From Candidatus Eiseniibacteriota bacterium (GTDB lineage Bacteria; Eisenbacteria; RBG-16-71-46; CAZAMP01): 64,000 nt of DNA. Location of the stretch: the NCBI GenBank assembly GCA_965224245.1, contig OZ245046.1:416001-480000 (forward strand), written 5' to 3'. The notes under the pieces were generated by a model. The model worked only from the letters and a program-made list of their open reading frames with translations. It was not told the DNA's origin and did no database searches. Position numbers and translations under genes: made by a program. Position 1 is the first letter of the stretch. Each line of letters opens with the position of its first letter. Shown here in pieces: positions 33,340 through 42,232 of this stretch.

Positions 33340-35354
33340 CGGGAGCCTCCCTCTGCCCCCGTCGGGCGATGGCACGACTCGCAGGATCCGCTCTCGAACG
33401 GCTCGTGCGTGAGGGTCTGGAACAGGCTCTCCGACGCGGACGCGTGCGGATCGTGGCACGCGCGGCAATCCAGTACCGATCCCGGCTGACCCATGTGAGC
33501 GGCCCGGAACCCGTCGTCGTCGCCGTCGTGACAGTCCAGGCATTGATCGGGAATGGCCTCGACCAGAAGCGAGGGCTCGGGGCTCCGGTGCGGCTGGTGG
33601 CAGGCGAGGCAGTCGCCGTCCTCCGCCGGGGCGTGTCGATGGGCCGCGTCCATGTGAGCCTCGAGATCCCCGTGACAGTTGAAGCACAGGCGCCGGGGCT
33701 CGTCCAGGAGGAGCGATGCGATGCGGCTCGTGTGCGGCTGATGGCAATCGGTGCAGGCGCCGTCGCCGAACGGGGCATGGGTCGTGCCGCCCGTGCCGGA
33801 GTCGGCGGCGTCGAGATCGTCGTGGCAGCCTCCGCACAGCTCGCGCTGGGTGCTGGCCAGAAGCCCGTCGTGTCGGGAGGCGTGAGGTTCGTGACACGAG
33901 TCACATTCGGAGTCTCCGAATGGAACGTGCACCTCGGTGACGGTCTCGTCCTCGACCAGCGACGCATGACACGTCATGCAGATCTCGTTGCGGTCCTCTC
34001 GCAGGAGCGAGGCGCGCTCGCCGGCATGGGGCGAGTGGCACGCCGTGCACCGGCCGATCTTGACCGGGACGTGCGTGACCTTGTCGGCGAGCCAGTCGTC
34101 GGCATCGTCGTGACACACCGCGCAGAGCTCGTAGCCGTTCGTGCGCGTCAGCTTCGGGTGGTCCGATCCGTGCGGCGTATGGCAGTCGAGACAGTCTCCG
34201 GCCTCGAACGGCGGATGCACCAGGGAGGCCTCGGTCTCGTGGCGCTGGTCGTCGTGACAGCCGAGGCACAACTCGCCCACGTCGCCGGCGATCAGCTTTC
34301 GTGACGCCTGGCCGTGCGCGTCGTGGCAGGCCAGGCAGTCCTCGCGGGCCGGGGGATGTCGGGAGGACCTGTCCAGCTCGGCGGGGAGATCGTCGTGACA
34401 GTCCACGCAGAGATCGCGCGCGGGTGCCCGTAGTAGCGCGAGCCGGCTCGAGCCGTGGGGTGAGTGGCAATCGAGGCACATCCCGTCGGCCACCGGATCG
34501 TGGGTGCCCGGGGGCGCAACGTCGGTCTCGTCGTGGCACTCGAGGCAGATGGCATTGGGTTCGCCCTCCGCCAGTGCGAACGGCTCGGCCCCGTCGGGAG
34601 CGCCATGGCACATCTCGCAGTCTCCGCTCGACACCGGATCGTGAATCGATCGCGTGAAGAGCTCGGGAGTCGGCGACGAGTGGGGCGCGTGGCAGATCGC
34701 GCAGTCCCGATCCGCAACGGGATAGCCGGCGTGAGCGTCCACGAACGACGAGGAGGACAGCTCGTGGCAGCTCGCGCAGAGTGCGTCCTGCTCGCTGACG
34801 AGAAGACCCGGGTGCTGGCCGCTGTGAACCTCGTGACACGAGAAGCAGCCGTTCTCCAGCGGGGCATGGCGATGCGCCGCCGAGAACGGCTCGCGCTCGT
34901 GACACCCGAAGCACAGCTGCTCGACGTCGGCGACGAGGAGCCCCTCCTGATCGCTCGCGTGTGGATCGTGGCAGGCGCCACAGTCGCCGTCGGCCACCGG
35001 TGCGTGGACGACCGGTGCGTCGAGGTCGACCGATTCCGCGTGGCAACGCGCGCACAGGGCGGCGCCGTCGTCGAGAAGACGGAGCGCCCCCACGAGCCCG
35101 TGCGGCTTGTGACAGGCCTTGCACTCGTTGTCCGCGACGGGTCGGTGGCGATGCCGGCCCTCGAACTCCTTCGGGTCGTGGCACTTCTGGCAGGAGCCGG
35201 AGGACGAGAAGCGGCGTCCCTTCTCGATCTGGGCCGACGCGCCGAGCGGCGTCGCGAGCAGCACGGCGAGCGCGAGCAGCCCGCCGGTCGTCGCACGTGC
35301 GAGCCACTCGACCGATCGCGTCCGGTGCGTCTGTCGCTTCTCGAGTTCGATCAT
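33336..35354 (-). CDS. Multiheme c-type cytochrome, 26 CXXCH
   Basis: Signal peptide ending ASA-Q; 26 CXXCH counted, same paired-heme repeat. Confidence 0.92.
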   Translation of the reverse strand: MIELEKRQTHRTRSVEWLARATTGGLLALAVLLATPLGASAQIEKGRRFSSSGSCQKCHDPKEFEGRHRHRPVADNECKACHKPHGLVGALRLLDDGAALCARCHAESVDLDAPVVHAPVADGDCGACHDPHASDQEGLLVADVEQLCFGCHEREPFSAAHRHAPLENGCFSCHEVHSGQHPGLLVSEQDALCASCHELSSSSFVDAHAGYPVADRDCAICHAPHSSPTPELFTRSIHDPVSSGDCEMCHGAPDGAEPFALAEGEPNAICLECHDETDVAPPGTHDPVADGMCLDCHSPHGSSRLALLRAPARDLCVDCHDDLPAELDRSSRHPPAREDCLACHDAHGQASRKLIAGDVGELCLGCHDDQRHETEASLVHPPFEAGDCLDCHTPHGSDHPKLTRTNGYELCAVCHDDADDWLADKVTHVPVKIGRCTACHSPHAGERASLLREDRNEICMTCHASLVEDETVTEVHVPFGDSECDSCHEPHASRHDGLLASTQRELCGGCHDDLDAADSGTGGTTHAPFGDGACTDCHQPHTSRIASLLLDEPRRLCFNCHGDLEAHMDAAHRHAPAEDGDCLACHQPHRSPEPSLLVEAIPDQCLDCHDGDDDGFRAAHMGQPGSVLDCRACHDPHASASESLFQTLTHEPFESGSCESCHRPTGAEGGSR

Positions 35355-35370
35355 CTCGTTGCCCGGTCGA

Positions 35371-37068
35371 TCACGATTTGTCGCCGAGATAGGCCGTGAT
35401 CGCCGCCTCGTCGATCACGATCTCCGAGCGCTCACGCAGGAGGTCGAGGTGCCGGTCGAGCGCTTCGTTGAACTTCCGCCGGAACATGACCTGCCGGATC
35501 GGCATCTCGACGTCGTCCAGAGCCTTCACCCGCCCCGGTCGCTTGCCGAGCACCTTGAACACGAGCCATCCGTGATCCACGTCCAGCGCATCGCTGGTCC
35601 CACCGACGGGGAGTCGCGCGATCTCGTCCCGGATCGCGTCGGAGAAGAGGGACTCGGACACCCACCTGGGCTCGGACTGCAGCCCCTCGGTCTCCGAGCT
35701 CACGTACTGGCGCTCGACGTACGAGAAGTCGGCGCCGTCTCGCAGACGCGCCGCGATCTCGCGGGCCTCCTCCTCGAAGTCGGTCGTGATCGTAGCCAGT
35801 TGGACCTCGTCGCCCTCGCGAAAGTCGTCCTGGTGAGACTCGTAATACTCCTGGAACTCCTGCCGGTTGAACACGATCTTCGAGGCCACGGTCTCCTGGA
35901 GGTAGCTCTCGATCAGCGCCTGCTCGAGGTCGCGCTCGTAGAGCTCCACGATCTCGGGCACGTCCATGAAACCCGCCTCCTCGGCGGCCCGCGCGAGGAC
36001 GAGGTCCTCGGTCAGGTCGTCGATCGTGGCCCGGAGGTGTGTCGCGAACGGGATCCGGGAGTCGGCGAGCGCCTGGTGTGCCACCGCCGCCCGGAGCTCG
36101 GTCTCGGTCACGCCCTCACCGTTCTCGAAGCCCAGCGCGACGTCGTCCGATCCGCGTCGGAACTCCCCCAGGAGCACCCGGCCGGAGTCGGCGGCCACGC
36201 GCTCGAGCACGGGGGTCGAGCGCGTCACCGGAAAGCGGGTTCGATGCTCGTCCACGTACGCCGTCCAGCGGGCCTTGCCGCTCTCGGACTCCAGGTACTT
36301 CCGGATGCCCGGTGAGATGCTCTCGTACTCGTCCTCGTCGATGGGGTGCCGTTCGTCCACCCGCACGATGGAGTGGAGCGTGTTGTACGGGAACGGCTCG
36401 GAGATGTCGCCGGTGTCGAGGCCGGCGACCGCGTCCTTGACCACGGTCTCGACGTCGGCCCAGGGCTTCAGCTGGTGCCGGCCGCCGCGATAGCGGAAGC
36501 TGTCCCGCGAGCGCTCGACGGCCAGGCTGTCCCACGAGGCGCCGCGCACGAGCATGTCTCGGAGCTCGCGCGCCTCGGCCTCGGTGTCCACCGAGAGCTG
36601 GCTCAGCTGGATCTTCCAGAAGTACCGCTCGAAGCGCTCGCGGACCGCCGCCTCCGCGACCGGATCGGGAGGCGTCCACGTCGCGCGGACGTAGGCCCGG
36701 ACCGCGTTCCGCTGGCGTCGGTCCTGAACCGGCCCGACCACGCGCTCGTCGAGGTCGAGCTCGGTGGCCAGGGCCTGCTGCACGAGCAGCCGGTCGTTGA
36801 TGGCCTTGGTCAGCAGGCGGCTGAAGTCGAAGTCCCCCTGCCGAGTCATGTCCTCGGTGGCGTGCATCGCCATGATGGCCGAGTCGAGCATGGCGGTCGT
36901 GATCGAATCGCCGTTGACGATGGCGAGCGTGACGGGTTCGGAGGGTGTCACCCCGGGCGCGGCGGCCGGTGCGCCGGACGAGGGCGGGTCGTCGGCCCGA
37001 ACGTTCGAGGCCAGCACGACCAGGATGCCGGCCGCCGCCAGCGCCCCGCGGAGATCAAGGTGTGTCAT
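35371..37068 (-). CDS. SurA/PpiC-type peptidyl-prolyl isomerase chaperone with two parvulin domains
   Basis: LAIVNGDSIT; GASWDSLAVERS-D...GG; ISEPF; second domain GADF...GGTSD. Confidence 0.85.
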   Translation of the reverse strand: MTHLDLRGALAAAGILVVLASNVRADDPPSSGAPAAAPGVTPSEPVTLAIVNGDSITTAMLDSAIMAMHATEDMTRQGDFDFSRLLTKAINDRLLVQQALATELDLDERVVGPVQDRRQRNAVRAYVRATWTPPDPVAEAAVRERFERYFWKIQLSQLSVDTEAEARELRDMLVRGASWDSLAVERSRDSFRYRGGRHQLKPWADVETVVKDAVAGLDTGDISEPFPYNTLHSIVRVDERHPIDEDEYESISPGIRKYLESESGKARWTAYVDEHRTRFPVTRSTPVLERVAADSGRVLLGEFRRGSDDVALGFENGEGVTETELRAAVAHQALADSRIPFATHLRATIDDLTEDLVLARAAEEAGFMDVPEIVELYERDLEQALIESYLQETVASKIVFNRQEFQEYYESHQDDFREGDEVQLATITTDFEEEAREIAARLRDGADFSYVERQYVSSETEGLQSEPRWVSESLFSDAIRDEIARLPVGGTSDALDVDHGWLVFKVLGKRPGRVKALDDVEMPIRQVMFRRKFNEALDRHLDLLRERSEIVIDEAAITAYLGDKS

Positions 37069-38143
37069 GTCGTGCCCTTTCCACGTGCATCACGATGCCG
37101 CGCACGATCTCGGCGGCCGAGGCCGCGGCCAGTCCACCCAGCGAGTGGCACCGCCCGAGCTGAAGGATTTTGTCGGAGTCACCCCCGTCACGTGAATCGT
37201 GGAAGGCCGAAACGACCTTGCCGGTCTCCGCATCGATCAGCCGGGCGCCGACCTCGAGCTCCGGCACCGACAGGGTCGGCTCACCGCGCGCCGGCTCGCA
37301 GCGCTCGACGGTGCCGGTCACGACGTACGCCAGGGCGAGATCGCCGTGGACGCTGGCCAAACCCGGGTAGTCGACGGCGCCACGGGCGGAATGGCGCCCG
37401 CTCAGGAGGATCTCGGACAGATAGCCGGGCTCGAGGACGGTGAGCCCGGCGCTCACGAGCGCCGAGGTGAGGGGCCCGGCGAACAGGCCGGCCCCGGCCG
37501 GATGCTCGGAGGCGTCGTCGAAGGCGATAACGCCCACGAGGGCGTTCGTCTTCGGGCCGTTCCGCAACTGGGTCCGCAGCGCGTCGCGGAGGCCGTCGAC
37601 CGCGCGTGACACGACGCGTTCGGCCACCGCCTCCACGTCGTCGATGCGTCCCGCGCCGAAGGCTCCGGCGAAGTCCTCGCCGGTGGCCGCCGTGCTGGCC
37701 GCCCAGGCCAGGAGACCCGTCTCCGGATCCAGCACCCGCAGCGAGATGGCCACGTCGGGGTTGGCACCGCCTTCGAAGACGTCGACCGACCCCAGGAGCA
37801 GCCGGGAGACGCCGGTCTCGTCCGCCAGCAGGCGGGCGCCGGTCGGTCCGATCCGGCCGAGGCTCCGGATCCGATGGCGCCTGAGGATCGGCCTGAGCGC
37901 CTCGTCCGACAGGAACGCGATGCCGGTGCGGGTCAGCTCGCGCCGGAGGTCGGCCATCACGACCGTGAGCGCGTCGCTCGTACCCGCATGGTTGGCGAAG
38001 GGGACGATGGCGATCTCCGCCGGCACGGAGACGTCCGGGGGCACGCCGCCGTCGGCAGCGGTCGCCCGTCCGAGCGCCGGGGCAAGGATGGCCAGGAGCG
38101 CGGCCAGCGCGCCCGTTCGCATGTAGGCTCGGAGGTGATCCAT
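37055..38143 (-). CDS. Secreted protein with two CsgG/GNA1162-like domains
   Basis: IAIVPFAN...VAISLRVLDPETG; VGVIAFDD...ARLIDAETGKVV. Confidence 0.7.
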   Translation of the reverse strand: MDHLRAYMRTGALAALLAILAPALGRATAADGGVPPDVSVPAEIAIVPFANHAGTSDALTVVMADLRRELTRTGIAFLSDEALRPILRRHRIRSLGRIGPTGARLLADETGVSRLLLGSVDVFEGGANPDVAISLRVLDPETGLLAWAASTAATGEDFAGAFGAGRIDDVEAVAERVVSRAVDGLRDALRTQLRNGPKTNALVGVIAFDDASEHPAGAGLFAGPLTSALVSAGLTVLEPGYLSEILLSGRHSARGAVDYPGLASVHGDLALAYVVTGTVERCEPARGEPTLSVPELEVGARLIDAETGKVVSAFHDSRDGGDSDKILQLGRCHSLGGLAAASAAEIVRGIVMHVERARHDTP

Positions 38144-38150
38144 TTCACGC

Positions 38151-38741
38151 TCAGTTCACGAGTGTTCCGACGCACTTCTCGACGCAGCGGCGCGTGACCT
38201 CGCCGATCGACGGAGTTCCGGTGCCGAACAGTGATGACCAGAAGCCCCGCCCGCCTTCGGTGTGGGTCGTGGACCACACGGTCTGGCCGGTATCGGTCTC
38301 GATCATGCGCAGCGAGATCGTCACATAGTTGGACGAGGCGGATCCGGAGCGAACGGTCGCCGACTCGCCGATCGAGCCGACGAACAGGCCCTGGGCGCGC
38401 AGCTCCTTGCCGACCGCCTTGGCCTGCTCCTCGGTGATCTGCGCCCCGTCGAGGACGCCGTTGGCCGACAGGGCACGGGTCACCTCGCCGGGCTCGACCA
38501 CGTCGAACGCCTCGGTGGCCAGGAGCTCGGACACGAGATAGCGTGTCGCCCGGGCACCTGCCCCCTGATCACCCGTGAGGTTCTCGATCGAGACCACCGC
38601 CACCCGCTCCACGTAGTCGAAGTTGAAGCTCGGGTGCACGAACGTCGTCGCTCCCATGCCCGCACATCCAGCCAGGACTCCGGCCAGGACTCCGGCCAGG
38701 ATCGGCCGCGCGAGTCGAGTGTCCGAGGTCTTCCGTCTCAC
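38151..38741 (-). CDS. CsgG/GNA1162-like lipoprotein
   Basis: Lipobox LAGC; RVAVVSIENLT; FDVVEPGEV; SLRMIETDTGQTVWS. Confidence 0.8.
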   Translation of the reverse strand: MRRKTSDTRLARPILAGVLAGVLAGCAGMGATTFVHPSFNFDYVERVAVVSIENLTGDQGAGARATRYLVSELLATEAFDVVEPGEVTRALSANGVLDGAQITEEQAKAVGKELRAQGLFVGSIGESATVRSGSASSNYVTISLRMIETDTGQTVWSTTHTEGGRGFWSSLFGTGTPSIGEVTRRCVEKCVGTLVN

Positions 38742-38756
38742 GGCGTTCTCCCGACG

Positions 38757-40859
38757 CTAGAAGACAATCCGGAACCCCTGCTGGAACGACACGGTCGACG
38801 TGCCGCCGACGGCGGTCTGGTCCAGGTCGACGATGCCGGCATAGAGGCTCCCGCGTGATCCCATTCCGTACGTCGTCTGGAGGCTGTAGCGCTCCGATCG
38901 CGTGCGGCCGTCCGATGTGTTGATCTGAGCCTGTGCGTTCATGCTCACCCGGGGGCTCAGGCTCCAGGCCACGAGGACGTCCCGGACGACGTCACGGCGC
39001 GTGTCGTCGGTGACGTTCAGTGACGCCCGGGAGAGTATCGTCCGCGTGAGGCGTAGGTCGAGCCCCACGCGCATCGTCGTCCGCGTGCGGACGAGGTCGT
39101 CGGACGCCCGGGTCGTCCGCTGGCGCAGCACGGAGGCATCGAGATTCAGGTCTCGCCGGAGCGCGGCGCTTCCGCCCACGCGAAACGTCCACGAATCGAG
39201 TCGCCGCGAGCCGGCGTAGTCGTGATCACGCGATCGCGCGACGTCAGCCACCATGTCCAGCCCCGTGACCGGTGTCCCCGACAGCTGGAGGCTCGCGGTG
39301 TTGTTCTCCTCCACCTTCGTGTGGTCGATGAGGCCGTGCCGGCTGCGCAGCGACATCTTCGCCCGCGCGGTCGGCAGCGGATCGACCTCGGCGGTGTAGG
39401 TCGCGGCGTGCGTCGACTGAGCCACGCGGTCGGTCCCCAGCCCGCGAAAGTCCTGCTCCCAGCGCAGCGTGTGCCGGACGATCTCGGACGGCTCGTAGAC
39501 TCCCCAGGTCGTGTAGGCGTAGTCGTCCCGGGACGCGCGTCCCACCGATGGCACGTGCCGGTACGCCGTGTCGAGCGAGAGCGTGACCGCATCGGACGCC
39601 GTGTACCGGAGACGCGCATCGGCCTGGTGGGCGTTCAGCACGTGCTCGACCGGGTCGCCGCTCCCCAGCTCCTCGAACGCCGTCACCTCGGTCACGTAGA
39701 CGGTCTCGACGACGTTGAAGCCGCCGCTGACGACCTTCACATACCGCGTCTCGACCGCGGGGAACACGATCTCGTAGCGGTTCTGGGTCGCGTTGAACAG
39801 GGTGCCGGGGAGCCCGTCCACCAGCCGCCACGAGAGGTTGTCGGCCGAGACGAAGACGCGCCAGCTGACGCCGTCACCCGATGCACGATCGGTGTAGACG
39901 TACACCGCGGCGACCCGCTGCGCGAGCCCGAGATCGACGCCGAGGTTCCGGTCGAGAGCGTCACCGCCGACGTCGATCGGGGGAGAGGTCGGCGCGTCGG
40001 TCATGCCGTCGACGAGCCCGGAGACCGTGTCGAGCGATCCGAGCTCCGGGGACGCGTCCAGGGCGTACACCCCGCGGCCGGCCGACAGCGGCACGAGGAT
40101 GACGTCGCCCGAGATCGTCTCGTCGCGGCGCCGCGTGTGCTGGTGCGTGTAGCTCCAGCTGACCCGCATGCGGTCTCTCGCGACCGGGGCCGGACGTGCG
40201 TCCCAGCGCAGGATGGACTCGAGCCGGCTGGTCCGGGCATCGGTCACCACGTTGTCCGAGCGCCGGTGCTCGAGCTGAGCGGTGATCGACTGTCGGCGGG
40301 ACACGTGATCGATGGCGCCGAGCAGCCGTCGTTCGCGCGTGTCTCGCTCGGAGGCCGCGCGATCGAAGGCCCGGCTGGCGTCGTAGCGGAGCGTCAGGAT
40401 GGGGCGCGTCTCGGCTCGGGTGCGCAGGAAGATCGACCAGTCGTCGTTGGTCACGTTCTGTGCCGCGTCGAGGGCGGTGGCCTGGCGTCGTCGCGCGTTG
40501 GCGTTCAACGTGAATCGGGGATGCGTCCAGATGATCTCGCCGCTCGGCTGGGCGTCCTCCCGCCAGAAGGTCGAGGACTCGACGTCGCGCAGGCCGAAGC
40601 GAAAGTAGGTGATGCCGAGTCGGACCTTCAGACGCGGATCGACCTGGCGGTGCCAGGCGAGCCGATGCTGCTGGCGAACGCTGGAGCGGGACTGGCCGTC
40701 GATGTCGGTCTGGACCGCCGAGACGTCGACGCTGCCGCTGAGGTTGCCCGCCGCGACGACGGGTCCCGCCGCGATCGCGAGAACGAATCCGCCGGCGAGG
40801 GCCACTGATCGCGCCGGCCGTGCCGCGCGCGACCGGGCTCGAGACCGTGGGGTACGCAT
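38757..40859 (-). CDS. Outer-membrane beta-barrel protein with an inserted discoidin (F5/8-C)-like domain
   Basis: Alternating amphipathic strands; ends QGFRIVF (aromatic C-terminus); internal LVDG...GVDLG...VSADNLSW...TRYVKV; start uncertain. Confidence 0.7.
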   Translation of the reverse strand: MRTPRSRARSRAARPARSVALAGGFVLAIAAGPVVAAGNLSGSVDVSAVQTDIDGQSRSSVRQQHRLAWHRQVDPRLKVRLGITYFRFGLRDVESSTFWREDAQPSGEIIWTHPRFTLNANARRRQATALDAAQNVTNDDWSIFLRTRAETRPILTLRYDASRAFDRAASERDTRERRLLGAIDHVSRRQSITAQLEHRRSDNVVTDARTSRLESILRWDARPAPVARDRMRVSWSYTHQHTRRRDETISGDVILVPLSAGRGVYALDASPELGSLDTVSGLVDGMTDAPTSPPIDVGGDALDRNLGVDLGLAQRVAAVYVYTDRASGDGVSWRVFVSADNLSWRLVDGLPGTLFNATQNRYEIVFPAVETRYVKVVSGGFNVVETVYVTEVTAFEELGSGDPVEHVLNAHQADARLRYTASDAVTLSLDTAYRHVPSVGRASRDDYAYTTWGVYEPSEIVRHTLRWEQDFRGLGTDRVAQSTHAATYTAEVDPLPTARAKMSLRSRHGLIDHTKVEENNTASLQLSGTPVTGLDMVADVARSRDHDYAGSRRLDSWTFRVGGSAALRRDLNLDASVLRQRTTRASDDLVRTRTTMRVGLDLRLTRTILSRASLNVTDDTRRDVVRDVLVAWSLSPRVSMNAQAQINTSDGRTRSERYSLQTTYGMGSRGSLYAGIVDLDQTAVGGTSTVSFQQGFRIVF

Positions 40860-41061
40860 GGCGTCACGGGACCGCGATCTCGATGGATGCGGCCGCGACC
40901 GGAACGGAGCGGCGTGTCCGGCTCCGCTCCGCGAACCGGTCCGATGGACCTCGGCTGACGATGCCAGACATGGGCTGCCCCCAGGTGTCGCCCGGGTCGA
41001 GAGCCGACCCGGGCGCAACGTGCGTGAAGAAGCCTCAACAAGTCGAGATTGACCCGTCGGA

Positions 41062-42138
41062 TCAGCCCGCGAGGCCGGCGATGCGCGGCGGCGGCGGGGT
41101 GAAGTCGATCAGGGCGTCGCCCTCATCCTTGTTGTGACACTTGTTGCACAGCGAGCGCTGATAGACCGAGTACGGGTTCGGGATCTTGTAGGAGCCCGAC
41201 TCGTGCCCGTCTTCTTCGAGACCGGTCACGTTGAAATCCCAGCGACCCGCGTTGGGCGCCGAGGTTGCATGTGCCCGGTGGCACGTGATGCACGAGACCT
41301 GACTGCCGGCGGACGGCCCTGCGGTCGATCCGACGGCGGCGGTGGCGTCTTCGAACGGGACCGCGGCGAGATACGCCGTGGCCTGAACGCCCCCGAGCTG
41401 GTCGTCGGTGCCGTTGTACAGGTTGTACGTGCTGGCGATGGTCCCACCAACCGGTTCACCCGCGGGGTGAATGAGCTCGGCGCTCTGGTGGTAGTCGCCG
41501 TGGCAGTTCGCGCACCAGCCGCTCATACCGCCCCTGTAGGCCGTATGATTGCTGTTCGACTCGCCGGCCCCGAAGAGGCTGAGCCCATCGGCGTCGGGAG
41601 CCGCCATCGTGAACGTGTACAGCCCGTCCTGGACGGACCCCGGACCGTAGAGCAGCCGGAAGTTCGCGTTGCCGTGAGGATCATGGCAGCTCGAGCATCC
41701 GAGCTCGCTCGACGGGAAGGTCCCGCCGGGCGCCATGCCCAGGACCGGATCGGCCCCGACGCCCTTGGACGGCGCGACCACGCTGTGTCCGGCCGCATGG
41801 CCGAGGATCGGCTCGCTGGCGCCGCCGTGACCGTCGTTGATGTTGTCTTCGAGGAGGAACGTGAAGTTGCCGGCGCCCCGCTCTGTCGCGGGAGCCAGCG
41901 GGTCGTCCACGAAGACCGCACCGAGGCCGTTTGCGTGACAGCCCAGACAGACGTCACTGGGAGTGGCGGCCTTGAGAAGCCAAGCGTGTGGCCCCGCAGG
42001 GTCTACCGGAGCTCCGTCTTCGCTGTTGTGCATCGTGTGGCAGCCGTTGCAGTGAGCCACACCTTCATCGTGGAAGGCGAGCACAGGCGACGCGCACACG
42101 ACGCTCACGCCGAGTGCGACGAGAACAGCCCTGCGCAT
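41062..42138 (-). CDS. omcS: OmcS-family hexaheme cytochrome (nanowire-type)
   Basis: GGAGG RBS; mature N-terminus FHDEGVAHCNGCHTMHN; APGGTFP--LGCSSCHDPHG; GMSGWCANCH; CITCHRAHA; QRSLCNKCH-KD; 6 CXXCH, colinear with recalled Geobacter OmcS. Confidence 0.88.
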   Translation of the reverse strand: MRRAVLVALGVSVVCASPVLAFHDEGVAHCNGCHTMHNSEDGAPVDPAGPHAWLLKAATPSDVCLGCHANGLGAVFVDDPLAPATERGAGNFTFLLEDNINDGHGGASEPILGHAAGHSVVAPSKGVGADPVLGMAPGGTFPSSELGCSSCHDPHGNANFRLLYGPGSVQDGLYTFTMAAPDADGLSLFGAGESNSNHTAYRGGMSGWCANCHGDYHQSAELIHPAGEPVGGTIASTYNLYNGTDDQLGGVQATAYLAAVPFEDATAAVGSTAGPSAGSQVSCITCHRAHATSAPNAGRWDFNVTGLEEDGHESGSYKIPNPYSVYQRSLCNKCHNKDEGDALIDFTPPPPRIAGLAG

Positions 42139-42232
42139 CTTTCCACCTCCGCATTGAGATACTGAAGAACGAACGGGCGATCGCGTTCGCGACCGTCCTG
42201 GGATCACCGAGTCTCGATCATTCGCTACCCTC

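Noticed and set aside
41013-41032. Sigma54-like promoter between omcS and the beta-barrel gene (CTTCACG-CACG-TTGC on the minus strand)
   Set aside because: The invariant GG at -24 is absent
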